Below are positions 43,204 to 52,616 of a stretch of 64,000 nt of DNA, piece by piece. A program made the translations under genes and the position numbers. Position 1 is the stretch's first letter. Each line of letters opens with the position of its first letter. The stretch is from Bilifractor sp. (GTDB lineage Bacteria > Bacillota > Clostridia > Lachnospirales > Lachnospiraceae), in assembly GCA_050944685.1 (NCBI GenBank), contig JBMNRP010000013.1, positions 496 to 64,495 on the forward strand, given 5' to 3'. Under the pieces are notes generated by a model that saw nothing but the letters and a program-made list of their open reading frames with translations, was not told the origin of the DNA and searched no databases.

Positions 43204-44154
43204 ATGAAAACAGCTTTTTTATATGCTGGACAGGGAAGCCAGTTCAGAGGAATGGGGAAAGATCTCTATGAAAAATATCCGGTATTCCGGGAGGCGTTTG
43301 ACTCCGCGGATCTTTCGTTTGATCTGCATGAGGTCTGCTTTGCGGATCCGGATGATAATCTGGGCCGCACGCGCTACACGCAGCCCTGTATGGAAGCGTT
43401 TGCCTGCGGTGTGACCGCGGTGCTTTACGACGCGGGAATCCGGCCGGACATGGCAGCCGGACTCTCCCTGGGAGAGTATTCCGCACTGGAGGCGGCGGGC
43501 GTGTTCGACGCGAAAACGGCGATTGAGCTGACCGCGTTCCGCGGAGCGGCGATGGAAGAGGCCGGAGCGGGCATCGATACCGGGATGCAGGCCGTGCTGG
43601 GACTTGATGAGAAGGTTCTTCTCGAGTGCTGTGAGGAGGCGTCTTCGGAGGGAGTCGTGACCATCAGCAATTACAACTGTCCCGGTCAGCTGGTGATCTC
43701 CGGAGAGGCGAAGGCAGTGGAGCGCTGCGCGGAGCTCGCGAAGGAGAAGGGCGCGCGGCGGTGTGTCCCGCTGAAGGTGAGCGGACCGTTCCATACCAGT
43801 TTCATGGCGCCGGCGGGAAAAGCCCTCGAGAACTACTTTACGCAGATTGAATTTCATCCCATGCAGTTCCCGGTCCTGTTCAACACGATCGGCCGCGAGA
43901 TGGGCAGGGAAGATACGATTCAGAAGCTTCTGGCTGCCCAGGTGCAGACGAGCATTCACATGGACGCCATTCTCCGCCGCATGCTGGAGCTGGGTGTTGA
44001 TACGTTCGTGGAAGTCGGACCCGGCAGCGCGCTCTCGGGCTTTGTCCGGAAAACGGCGAGGGCGCAGGGCGTGAAGGGAACCACCTGCCTGGGCATCCAG
44101 AACGCGGAAGATATGGAAAAGGTACTCGCGTATTTTCAGGAACAGGGGAAATAA
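43204..44154 (+). CDS. fabD: malonyl-CoA:ACP transacylase
   Basis: 316 aa with FLYAGQGSQ, the nucleophile motif GLSLGEYSAL, and PFHTS. Confidence 0.92.
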   Translation: MKTAFLYAGQGSQFRGMGKDLYEKYPVFREAFDSADLSFDLHEVCFADPDDNLGRTRYTQPCMEAFACGVTAVLYDAGIRPDMAAGLSLGEYSALEAAGVFDAKTAIELTAFRGAAMEEAGAGIDTGMQAVLGLDEKVLLECCEEASSEGVVTISNYNCPGQLVISGEAKAVERCAELAKEKGARRCVPLKVSGPFHTSFMAPAGKALENYFTQIEFHPMQFPVLFNTIGREMGREDTIQKLLAAQVQTSIHMDAILRRMLELGVDTFVEVGPGSALSGFVRKTARAQGVKGTTCLGIQNAEDMEKVLAYFQEQGK

Positions 44155-44194
44155 CCGGCGCGAGGGTGCGTCCGGCGAGAAAGGATGGGAAAGT

Positions 44195-44956
44195 ATGAAT
44201 CACAATGAGAAGGAAATCGTCCGCACTGCGCTGGTGACAGGCGGCGGACGCGGCATCGGCAGGGCGGTTTCCGAGGCGCTTGCTTCCCTGTGCGGAAATC
44301 TCTGCATTAATTACAATGGCAGCGCGGCCTCGGCGGAGGAAACCGCAGAGAGATGCCGGGAGATCAACCCGGATATCCGCGTCATCACGGTGAAGGCCGA
44401 CGTCTCCCGCAGCGACGAGGCAGATGAGCTGGTCAAAAAGACGACAGACGAGTTCGGGCGCATTGACATTCTGGTGAACAATGCCGGGATCACGCGGGAC
44501 GGACTTATGATGCGCATGACGGATGAGGACTTTGACCGGGTGATCGGGGTCAATCTGAAGGGCGCTTTTAACTGCAGCCGTGCGGCGGTAAAGAAAATGA
44601 TCCGGCAGCGCTACGGCAGGATCATCAATTTTTCCAGTGTGACCGGGGTTCACGGAAACGCCGGACAGGTCAACTACGCGGCGAGCAAGGCAGGCATTAT
44701 CGGCATGACGAAGAGTATGGCGAAGGAGCTGGCCGGCCGGAATATCACGGTCAATGCGGTCGCGCCCGGTCTGATTCTGACGGACATGACGGCAGTCCTT
44801 CCCGAGGAGGCGAAAAAGGCGATCGTGGATCAGATTCCGATGAAAAAAGCGGGGACTCCGCAGGATGTCGCCGCGGCGGTAAAATTTTTCGCCTCGGAAG
44901 AAGCGGGTTATTTTACGGGACAGATTTTATGCCCGGACGGCGGAATGGGGATGTGA
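44195..44956 (+). CDS. fabG: 3-oxoacyl-ACP reductase (SDR)
   Basis: 253 aa with TGGGRGIGRA, NNAGI and the YAASKAG catalytic motif. Position between fabD and fabF. Confidence 0.92.
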   Translation: MNHNEKEIVRTALVTGGGRGIGRAVSEALASLCGNLCINYNGSAASAEETAERCREINPDIRVITVKADVSRSDEADELVKKTTDEFGRIDILVNNAGITRDGLMMRMTDEDFDRVIGVNLKGAFNCSRAAVKKMIRQRYGRIINFSSVTGVHGNAGQVNYAASKAGIIGMTKSMAKELAGRNITVNAVAPGLILTDMTAVLPEEAKKAIVDQIPMKKAGTPQDVAAAVKFFASEEAGYFTGQILCPDGGMGM

Positions 44957-45052
44957 TGTAAACATCGCTCCCGCCCCGAAAGGAAAATCATTTGCAGATC
45001 CGGCGGCTTTCTGAAAGCTCCTCCGGATCGATCGAAGATAAGGAGACAGATT

Positions 45053-46291
45053 ATGGCAAGAAGAGTAGTCGTGACTGGCCTGGGCACCGTAAATCCGACC
45101 GGAAAAACGGTTGCGGAGAGCTGGGACAATATTAAAAACGGAAGAAGCGGAATCGGTGAAATAACGCTGTTTGATACGAGCGGCTTTCAGAGCAGGGTTG
45201 ATGCGGAGGTGAAGGATTTTGATCCGTTTGAGAAGATCGACAAAAAGTCCGCGAAGCGCATGGCGCGGTTCACTCAGTTTGCGGTTTACGCCGCGAAAGA
45301 GGCGGTCGGAGACAGCGGCCTTTTTGAGTCGGACGACATTGACCGGAAGCGGATCGGCGTGCTTATCTCCAGCGGAATCGGAGGCATGGAGATCATTGAG
45401 CGCGAGCATGACCGCGGGCGCGCGAAGGGCTTCGAGCGCGTCAATCCGTTTTTCATTCCTATGACGATAGCGAATATGGCCGGTGCGCAGATCGCGATCC
45501 AGTACGGCCTGAAGGGCATGTGCTCCTGCATTGTGACGGCGTGCGCGGGGGGCAGCAACGCCATCGGCGAGGCCTTTCACCGCATCCGTGACGGATACGA
45601 GGACGCCTTTGTCTGCGGAGGAGCGGAGGCGTGCATCACCGATCTCGTGGTCGGCGGATTTACCAGCCTGAAGGCGCTGACCCGTTCCCAGGACCCGGCC
45701 CGCGCCAGCATCCCGTTTGACGCGGAGAGAAGCGGATTCGTGATCGGTGAGGGAAGCGGAATTCTCATACTCGAGGAGCTTGAGCACGCGAAAAAGCGCG
45801 GAGCTCATATCTATGCCGAGATCGCGGGATACGGCGTAAACTGCGACGCGTATCACATCACGGCTCCCGCGCCGGACGGAGAGGGCGCGGCGGACTGCCT
45901 GCGGATGGCGATCGAGGACGGCGGCGCCGATCCGGGTGAGATTGATTACATCAACGCGCACGGAACCGGAACTCCGCTCAATGATTCCACAGAGACGGCG
46001 GCGTTCAAAAAAGCCTTCGGCGAGCGCGCCTATGAGATACCGATCTCCAGTACGAAATCCATGACAGGTCATCTCCTCGGAGGAGCGGGAGCCATCGAGG
46101 GAGTCTTTACGGTAAAGGCGGTGGAAGAAGGATTTGTTCCGCCGACGATCGGTCTCCGAAATCCGGATCCCGAATGCGATCTGGATTACGTTCCGAATCA
46201 GGGCAGAAAAAAAGAGATCCGGTACGCCCTGAGCGACAACCTCGGATTCGGCGGACACAATTCCTGCCTGATGTTCCGCAAATATGAGTGA
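45053..46291 (+). CDS. fabF: 3-oxoacyl-ACP synthase II
   Basis: 412 aa with RVVVTGLG, active-site TACAGG, NAHGTGT and GHLLGGAG. AAGGAG 7 nt upstream. Confidence 0.92.
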   Translation: MARRVVVTGLGTVNPTGKTVAESWDNIKNGRSGIGEITLFDTSGFQSRVDAEVKDFDPFEKIDKKSAKRMARFTQFAVYAAKEAVGDSGLFESDDIDRKRIGVLISSGIGGMEIIEREHDRGRAKGFERVNPFFIPMTIANMAGAQIAIQYGLKGMCSCIVTACAGGSNAIGEAFHRIRDGYEDAFVCGGAEACITDLVVGGFTSLKALTRSQDPARASIPFDAERSGFVIGEGSGILILEELEHAKKRGAHIYAEIAGYGVNCDAYHITAPAPDGEGAADCLRMAIEDGGADPGEIDYINAHGTGTPLNDSTETAAFKKAFGERAYEIPISSTKSMTGHLLGGAGAIEGVFTVKAVEEGFVPPTIGLRNPDPECDLDYVPNQGRKKEIRYALSDNLGFGGHNSCLMFRKYE

Positions 46292-46388
46292 TGCCGGCAG
46301 AGCAGTTCCATCGATCGGCAACAGAATCTGCATGACAGATCAGGAATGAAAAGCTGCAGCGCGAGAGAAAATGAAGGGGGATCTTCAA

Positions 46389-46853
46389 ATGCTCAGTGAA
46401 GAACTTAACGAGATATATAACAAATTCAGACTTCACTTTTTTATGTCGGTATTTTCCCGTTTTGAGACACGCGAAGCGACGCTGACTACGGTGGAATCTT
46501 TCAGTATGGAGGGCATCATGTCTCTCGGAGAACCGACCGTGTCCGAGTTCGCCCGGATGATGGGAATATCCGCGCCGAATGCCGCCTATAAGATCAACAG
46601 TCTGATTCAGAAAGGCTATGTAAAAAAAATTCAGTCGAAAGATGACCGGCGGGAATATCATCTGCGGCCGACAGAGAAGTTTATGCGTTATTATAATGTG
46701 AACTATGATTATCTGAAGAAGGTCGCCGGGAGGATCCGGAAACGGTTTTCCCCCGAGGATTACGAAAAGTTCGAGTCCATGCTGCAGATCATCAATACGG
46801 AACTTATGCCGGAACTCGATCCGGACCGCATGCGCGGCACGGAGGAGGACTGA
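46389..46853 (+). CDS. MarR-family transcriptional regulator (possible FabT-like)
   Basis: Winged-helix segment VSEFARMMGISAPNAAYKINSLIQKGYVKKIQSKDDRREYHL. ATG 46389 has AAGGGGGA 7 nt upstream (the ORF-track start 46371 does not). Sits directly after fabF with no terminator seen. Confidence 0.8.
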   Translation: MLSEELNEIYNKFRLHFFMSVFSRFETREATLTTVESFSMEGIMSLGEPTVSEFARMMGISAPNAAYKINSLIQKGYVKKIQSKDDRREYHLRPTEKFMRYYNVNYDYLKKVAGRIRKRFSPEDYEKFESMLQIINTELMPELDPDRMRGTEED

Positions 46854-46872
46854 AACGCACCGGGGTTTTCGT

Positions 46873-47718
46873 TCAGCGGGGATACGTCCCGTTTTTGAAC
46901 ATGGTCATCATTTCCTGTGTGAGGGCAATGTGGTCGATATCCTCCGGGACTTCTTCCGGCCGATACCAGCCCGCCTCCGCGAGCTCGTCCTCCTGAAGGG
47001 TCAGGCGGTCATCCCCGTCGAGGTCGCAGAAAAATCCCATGAGCAGGGAATTGGAAAACGGCCATGGCTGGCTCTTGTAAAACCGGAGATTCTTTACCCG
47101 GATGCCGACTTCCTCCATCACCTCGCGGTGCACCGTCTGTTCGATGGTCTCTCCGATCTCCGTGAATCCGGCGATCAGGGCGAAGTGACGGTAACCTCCT
47201 CCGGCGTACTTGCTCATGAGTATTTTCCCGTTGTTGATGACGCCTACGATGACACCGGGGCTGATCCGCGGGTAAATCATGAGCCCGCATTTCGGGCATC
47301 GCACCATCCGCTCGCGGTGATCTTTTTCCATGGGGGTTCCGCAGCGTCCGCAGAACCGGTGCGCCTGATACCACTCGTACAGGGAGTGACCTGTGACGCC
47401 CGCGAAGGAGCGCACCTTCGGTGCGGCCGAGCGGAAAATGGAAATCTTTTCAAAAGAGTAGCCGTCCGGGAGGAAACCGTCCTGCGGTTCCCCGAGAAAA
47501 TAGGCCTTGTTGTCGATAGAAAAAAGGTAGGTATACCGCACATCTCTTCCCTTGAAATCTTCCACGGTCGGATAGGTCAGCCGGTCCTGTGCGTCAAATT
47601 TTACCAGTGCTTTTCCTCCGTCGTAGACGAGGACCCGTTCCTCGTCGTGCGGCACCGTCATGGGCTGCTCGTCGTGAAATTCATTATGGAATACTTTCGG
47701 ATAAATATCCTGAATCAT
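46873..47718 (-). CDS. nudC: NADH pyrophosphatase (Nudix, zinc-ribbon type)
   Basis: 281 aa. Zn ribbon CGRCGTPM...CPKCG followed by the Nudix box GFTEIGETIEQTVHREVMEEVG and SQPWPFSNSLM. Confidence 0.85.
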   Translation of the reverse strand: MIQDIYPKVFHNEFHDEQPMTVPHDEERVLVYDGGKALVKFDAQDRLTYPTVEDFKGRDVRYTYLFSIDNKAYFLGEPQDGFLPDGYSFEKISIFRSAAPKVRSFAGVTGHSLYEWYQAHRFCGRCGTPMEKDHRERMVRCPKCGLMIYPRISPGVIVGVINNGKILMSKYAGGGYRHFALIAGFTEIGETIEQTVHREVMEEVGIRVKNLRFYKSQPWPFSNSLLMGFFCDLDGDDRLTLQEDELAEAGWYRPEEVPEDIDHIALTQEMMTMFKNGTYPR

Positions 47719-47740
47719 AATAATATCTCCCTGTCCCGTG

Positions 47741-48220
47741 TTATTCCGGGTAATTCAGCCGGTCTTCCTCCGGTTTTTCAAGCACCTCGCCGAGATATTT
47801 CCGGGCGTAGTAGTGCGCCATGTTCAGATTCATATCGAGATAATTGCCGCAGTCCTCTGGCGTCGCTCCCGGAATTTCTCCTTCATAATCCCGGATAAAT
47901 TCGAATGTCCGGGTGAGGAGCGGGACGATCTCGCGGCTCGAAAGGTCGCCGGAGAGCAGCAGATAAAATCCGGTCCGGCATCCCATGGGACCGAAATAGA
48001 TGACGCGGTCCTTCCACTCGGGATCATTGCGCAGATACGTGGCCCCGAGATGCTCGATGGCGTGTACCTCTGCCGTGTTCATGACGGGTTCGTCATTCGG
48101 GCTGGTGATCCGGATGTCGAAGGTCGTGATCGTCTCATCTTTGATGCGGTCTTTTCGGGATACATACACGCCCGGCTTCAGACGGATATGGTCAATGGTG
48201 AAACTCGCAATTTTTTCCAT
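47741..48220 (-). CDS. luxS: S-ribosylhomocysteine lyase
   Basis: 159 aa with SFTIDH, the metal motif HAIEHL, and GPMGCRTGFY. 22 nt upstream of nudC. Confidence 0.93.
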   Translation of the reverse strand: MEKIASFTIDHIRLKPGVYVSRKDRIKDETITTFDIRITSPNDEPVMNTAEVHAIEHLGATYLRNDPEWKDRVIYFGPMGCRTGFYLLLSGDLSSREIVPLLTRTFEFIRDYEGEIPGATPEDCGNYLDMNLNMAHYYARKYLGEVLEKPEEDRLNYPE

Positions 48221-48349
48221 TTTATAATTCCTTTCAGACTGCCCCGCATCCGGCGGGGCAATATTAATATTATCCGGTATCCTCAGGTCATCATAACAGA
48301 AAGTGCGGCGTTTTTACAGAGCCCGGAACCGGTTCTTATCGTTATTTCC

Positions 48350-48378
48350 TTGAGAGTGCCACATCAGTGTGATATGAT
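48350..48378 (+). promoter_or_regulatory. candidate trkA promoter (TTGAGA-17-TGaTATGAT)
   Basis: TTGAGA 48350-48355, 17-nt spacer containing TG, TATGAT 48373-48378. Leaves an approximately 115-nt leader. Confidence 0.45.
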
Positions 48379-48494
48379 AGTCCATAGGGTCAGAAAATCA
48401 TCGATGCGTCCGGAGCGGTTCGTATTCATGCTTTTTTGACCCATAAAAATTGTTTGTACAAGGGGGTCCCGCTGCTGCGGGAACAGGAGTAGAT

Positions 48495-49859
48495 ATGCAG
48501 ATTATGGTTGTCGGATGCGGCAAAATAGGCAGATCGCTGGTCGCGTCTCTGGCCACAGAAGATTATAACGTTATCGTTGTCGATATCAATGAAAGAGTCG
48601 TGCAGGATCTTTCGATCAAGTACGACGTGATGGGCGTCGTGGGGAACGGCACCAGCTTCAGCACGCTGATGAAGGCGGGACTGATGCAGACGGATATTCT
48701 GATCGCCGTCACCCAGAGCGACGAGGTCAATCCTCTGACGTGCGTCATGGCGCGCCAGAAACGGGACTGTCACACGATCGCCCGTGTCCGGAATCCGATC
48801 TATTCCGAGGAGCGGCATTTCCTCAGATCGGAGCTGGAGCTTTCGATGACGATCAATCCCGAACTGGAGGCGGCGAAAGAGATGGCCAGCGTCCTGAGCT
48901 TTCCCAGCGCGTTCGAGGTCGAAATTCTGGGGAAATCCGGAATCCGCATGGTTCGGTTCCGGAATCCGAAGGAATCGCTTCTTTCCGGGGAGCCGCTCAG
49001 CGTGGCGGCTCAGAAGTTCAGCGACTCCGTTCTTGTGTGCATCGTGGAGCGCGGAGACGAAGTTGTCATTCCGAACGGCGATTTTGTCATTTTGGAAAAT
49101 GATATTGTTACCGTGATCGGCATGCCGAGAGATACGGAGGAGTTTTTCGACGCCATCGGCCTTCCCTATCAGAAGGTGAAAAACTGCATGATCGTCGGCG
49201 GCGGCGGTATTTCCTATTATCTCACGAGTATTCTTCACAGCGAGGGCATCGATGTCAAGATCATCGAGAGGAATGAGGAAAGATGTGAGGAACTCAGCTG
49301 CGAATTTCCGTATGCGACGATCTGCCACGGGGACGGGACGGATCCCCAGGTTCTGATGGAGGAGAATCTCCAGAACACGGAGGCGCTGGTTGCCTGTACC
49401 GGGATTGACGAGATCAACGCGTTCCTTGCGATGTACGCCGGGTCTTTTGTCAAAAAGAAAATTATCACGAAGATGAATCATCTGGAGTTCAATGATCTCA
49501 TTGACCGCATGGATCTGGGGAGCGTCGTAAACTCCAGGGTTCTGGTCACTCAGACCATTCTCCAGTATGTGCGCGCGACCGGAAACAGTATGGGCAGCAA
49601 TGTCGAGAGCCTGTACCGGATCCGCAACGGACGCGTAGAGGTGCTTGAATTTTCGATCCGCGGGGAAAACGAGACAGTGGGTACTCCGCTCTGTGATCTG
49701 AAGCTGAAAAACGAGGTGCTGGTCGCCGGCATCATCCGGGAAGGAAAACTGATTATTCCGGGCGGGCAGGATCAGATCCTGCTCGGCGACTCTGTCATTA
49801 TCGTGACGACGCACAGCGGCTTCGGAGATATCACGGATATTCTCGAGAAGGCGTTCTGA
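48495..49859 (+). CDS. trkA: Trk system potassium uptake protein TrkA (two RCK domains)
   Basis: Start at MQIMVVGCGKIGRSL (AGGAG upstream). A second Rossmann CMIVGGGGISYYL marks the tandem RCK_N/RCK_C architecture. Confidence 0.9.
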   Translation: MQIMVVGCGKIGRSLVASLATEDYNVIVVDINERVVQDLSIKYDVMGVVGNGTSFSTLMKAGLMQTDILIAVTQSDEVNPLTCVMARQKRDCHTIARVRNPIYSEERHFLRSELELSMTINPELEAAKEMASVLSFPSAFEVEILGKSGIRMVRFRNPKESLLSGEPLSVAAQKFSDSVLVCIVERGDEVVIPNGDFVILENDIVTVIGMPRDTEEFFDAIGLPYQKVKNCMIVGGGGISYYLTSILHSEGIDVKIIERNEERCEELSCEFPYATICHGDGTDPQVLMEENLQNTEALVACTGIDEINAFLAMYAGSFVKKKIITKMNHLEFNDLIDRMDLGSVVNSRVLVTQTILQYVRATGNSMGSNVESLYRIRNGRVEVLEFSIRGENETVGTPLCDLKLKNEVLVAGIIREGKLIIPGGQDQILLGDSVIIVTTHSGFGDITDILEKAF

Positions 49860-49887
49860 CCGTTTTTCTCTGATCGAGGTACTTTGA

Positions 49888-51342
49888 ATGAATAAGCAGG
49901 TAATCGGATGGGTTATTGCGTGGGTTATCAAAATTGAGGGCTATCTGATGCTTCTGCCCTGCCTGATCGCCGTTATTTTCCGGGACAGACAGGGATTCGT
50001 GTATCTTGTCTTTGCCCTCGCGGCCATCGGAGCGGGGTCGCTGATCGCCTCCCGAAAACCGAAAAATATGGCGATCTACCAGAGAGAGGGCAATATCGCG
50101 GTCGGTCTCGCCTGGATCGTCATCAGTCTTTACGGAGCGCTTCCGTTTGTTGTGACGGGAGAAATTCCGAATTATGTGGACGCCGTTTTTGAGGTGGTTT
50201 CCGGATTTACGACCACGGGGTCTTCCATTCTGACCGATGTGGAGGCGGTCAGCCACACTTCCCTTTTCTGGCGGAGCTTTACGCACTGGGTCGGAGGAAT
50301 GGGCGTGCTCGTCTTTCTTCTGATGATGCTTCCCGCGAGGGGAGGCTCCCACATGAATCTGATGAAGGCAGAGAGCCCCGGCGTGGAGGTTTCAAAATTC
50401 GTCCCCCGCGTGAAAAATAACGCGAGTGCCCTTTACAAAATATATCTCGGCATGACGATCACTATGATCGTCGTTCTTCTGATATCCGGGATGAACTGGT
50501 TCGACAGCCTCTGCATCACGTTCGGGGCAGCCGGTACCGGAGGCTTTGCCGTACTGAACTCCAGCTGCGCCTCTTATACACCGGCTCAGCAGTGGATTAT
50601 TACCATCGGGATGACGGCATTCGGGGTCAATTTTTCTTTTTATTATCTGTTTCTGACCCACCAGCGCCGCAAGGCGCTGGGGATGGAAGAGGTGCGGACC
50701 TACCTCGCGATCATTGTGTGCGCGGCGGTGATGATCGCCGTCAATATCCATATCGCTTTTCCGGATCTCTACAGAAACTGGGGGCACACCTTCCGCGACG
50801 CCTTTTTCCAGGTGGCCACGATTATCACGACGACCGGATTCAGTACGGCGGACTTCGATACCTGGCCGGCTTTTTCGAAAACCATCCTGTTTTTCCTGAT
50901 GATTTTCGGCGCCTGCGCGGGAAGCACCGGCGGAGGCATCAAGACAGTCCGTCTGATTCTGGCGACGAAGACGATCCGCGAACAGCTCTACCGGGTTGTG
51001 CATCCGCGGGGAGTGCGGCAGGTCACGCTGAACGGCGCCCCGGTCAGCGACCGGGTCCTTCGCGGCTGCCACATATTCCTTCTCGCGTATTTCTTTGTTT
51101 TCGGCTTCTCGATATTCCTCGTGTCGCTGAACGGATATGATTTTGAGACAAATGTCACGGCGGTCGCCGCGACGCTGAACAATATCGGCCCCGGCTTCTC
51201 CAAAGTCGGAGCGACCTGCAACTACAGTTTTCTGAGTCCGTTTTCCAAGATCGTACTTATTTTTGACATGCTGATCGGGCGTCTGGAGATCATCCCCATC
51301 CTGATTCTCTTTTACCCGAGAGCGTGGAAAAACCACGGCTGA
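49888..51342 (+). CDS. trkH: TrkH-family potassium transporter
   Basis: 484 aa polytopic membrane protein with repeated selectivity-filter-like motifs (SGFTTTGSS, GAAGTGGF, TTTGFST, AGSTGGGIK). Confidence 0.9.
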   Translation: MNKQVIGWVIAWVIKIEGYLMLLPCLIAVIFRDRQGFVYLVFALAAIGAGSLIASRKPKNMAIYQREGNIAVGLAWIVISLYGALPFVVTGEIPNYVDAVFEVVSGFTTTGSSILTDVEAVSHTSLFWRSFTHWVGGMGVLVFLLMMLPARGGSHMNLMKAESPGVEVSKFVPRVKNNASALYKIYLGMTITMIVVLLISGMNWFDSLCITFGAAGTGGFAVLNSSCASYTPAQQWIITIGMTAFGVNFSFYYLFLTHQRRKALGMEEVRTYLAIIVCAAVMIAVNIHIAFPDLYRNWGHTFRDAFFQVATIITTTGFSTADFDTWPAFSKTILFFLMIFGACAGSTGGGIKTVRLILATKTIREQLYRVVHPRGVRQVTLNGAPVSDRVLRGCHIFLLAYFFVFGFSIFLVSLNGYDFETNVTAVAATLNNIGPGFSKVGATCNYSFLSPFSKIVLIFDMLIGRLEIIPILILFYPRAWKNHG

Positions 51343-51376
51343 TACCGGTCCGGCACACAGCAGAAAGGAAAGGAAC

Positions 51377-52429
51377 ATGGCGGATCATTATGTTGCCTAC
51401 GCGGGGACCTATACGCTCGGAAGCAGTATCGGAATTCATCTCTATGACGTGGATGTGAAGGAAGGAAGGCTCACGGAGCGGAAGGTGTTTCCGGTCAATA
51501 ACTCCTCCTATCTGTGTATCTCCAGAAACGGGAAATTTCTCTACTCCATCGCGGACGAAGGCGTGGCGGTTTTCGCCATCGAAGAGGACGGGAATCTCGA
51601 GAAGATCAACCAGATCGACATCAGCGGGATGCGCGGCTGTTATCTTTCGGTTGACCGGACCGGAAAGTACCTGTTTGTCGGAGGCTATCACGACGGGAAG
51701 GTCACGCTGATCCACACTCACCATGACGGACGGCTCGGATCCGAGGTCGACGGCGTGTTTCACAAGGGGATCGGAAGCGTGGTGGAAAGAAACTTCCGTC
51801 CGCATGTATCGTGCGTGCGCCAGACCCCCGACGGAAAATACGTCTGCGCCGTGGATAACGGAATCGACCAGATGAAGATCTATACCATCTCGGAACAGGG
51901 AAAGCTCAGGCTCGTGGATATCTTTCGCTGCCGGCTCGGATCGGCGCCCCGGATGATTGCCTTCAGCGGGGACGGGCGCTTCGCCTATCTTTCTTGTGAG
52001 CTTCAGAATGAAATCCGCGTGCTCCGTTATAATCCGGACCGCGAGGACGACATCTTCGAGGAAATCCAGTCGGTCAGCACCACCTCGGATAATGTGGAAG
52101 CTTCTCACGATGCCACGTTTGCCATTTCTTTTGCCCGGGACGGCGAATATCTTTTCGCCTCGGTCGCCGGCGACAATGTCGCGACGATGTTTCACGTCGA
52201 CAGAGAGACGGGGCTTCTGGAAAAGCGCTTTTCCCTTCCGGTGAGCGGCAATTACCCGAAGGATCTGCGTCCCTTCCCGGAGGGAGATTTTCTCGCCTCC
52301 GTGAATCATGAATCCGGGACGATCACGACCTTCCATGTGGATTATGAGAACAGTATCATGCTGATGAAGGGCAGACCGGTGGAGCTGGATACGCCAAATT
52401 GCATCGTCTTCACGAAAGTCATCCGGTGA
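51377..52429 (+). CDS. lactonase-family beta-propeller protein (6-phosphogluconolactonase-like)
   Basis: 350 aa. N-terminal YAGTYT and repeated G.(K)(Y/F)L(Y/F)..... blades (NGKFLYS, TGKYLFVG, DGKYVCAV, DGRFAYLS, DGEYLFAS) match the Lactonase (7-bladed) family. Confidence 0.8.
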   Translation: MADHYVAYAGTYTLGSSIGIHLYDVDVKEGRLTERKVFPVNNSSYLCISRNGKFLYSIADEGVAVFAIEEDGNLEKINQIDISGMRGCYLSVDRTGKYLFVGGYHDGKVTLIHTHHDGRLGSEVDGVFHKGIGSVVERNFRPHVSCVRQTPDGKYVCAVDNGIDQMKIYTISEQGKLRLVDIFRCRLGSAPRMIAFSGDGRFAYLSCELQNEIRVLRYNPDREDDIFEEIQSVSTTSDNVEASHDATFAISFARDGEYLFASVAGDNVATMFHVDRETGLLEKRFSLPVSGNYPKDLRPFPEGDFLASVNHESGTITTFHVDYENSIMLMKGRPVELDTPNCIVFTKVIR

Positions 52430-52476
52430 TGACCGGAAATCATGACAAAAAAACATAAAAAAATCCCGGGATTTTG

Positions 52477-52505
52477 TTGTATTTTTCATGATACAAAGGT
52501 AAAAT
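52477..52505 (+). promoter_or_regulatory. candidate PFOR promoter (TTGTAT-17-TAAAAT)
   Basis: TTGTAT 52477-52482, 17 nt, TAAAAT 52500-52505, about 110 nt upstream of ATG 52617. Confidence 0.45.
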
Positions 52506-52616
52506 CAAAAAGGAATGGGCATTTCCCGTGTTATACTTATATTGTTGCCGTAAACCGGTTTTTCGGCCGGTTCAGGGCAAAAAAATTAATTTTTCAGGCA
52601 TGAAGGAGGAATAAAG

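Noticed and set aside
48379-48494. Possible c-di-AMP (ydaO/kimA-type) riboswitch in the trkA leader, since K+ uptake genes often carry one.
   Set aside because: The leader is short (about 115 nt). I could not find the conserved pseudo-symmetric ydaO cores (GGGGACCCA / GGGGUGAAUC / CCCGAAUCC-type strings), only two generic hairpins. An Rfam RF00379 scan would settle it.
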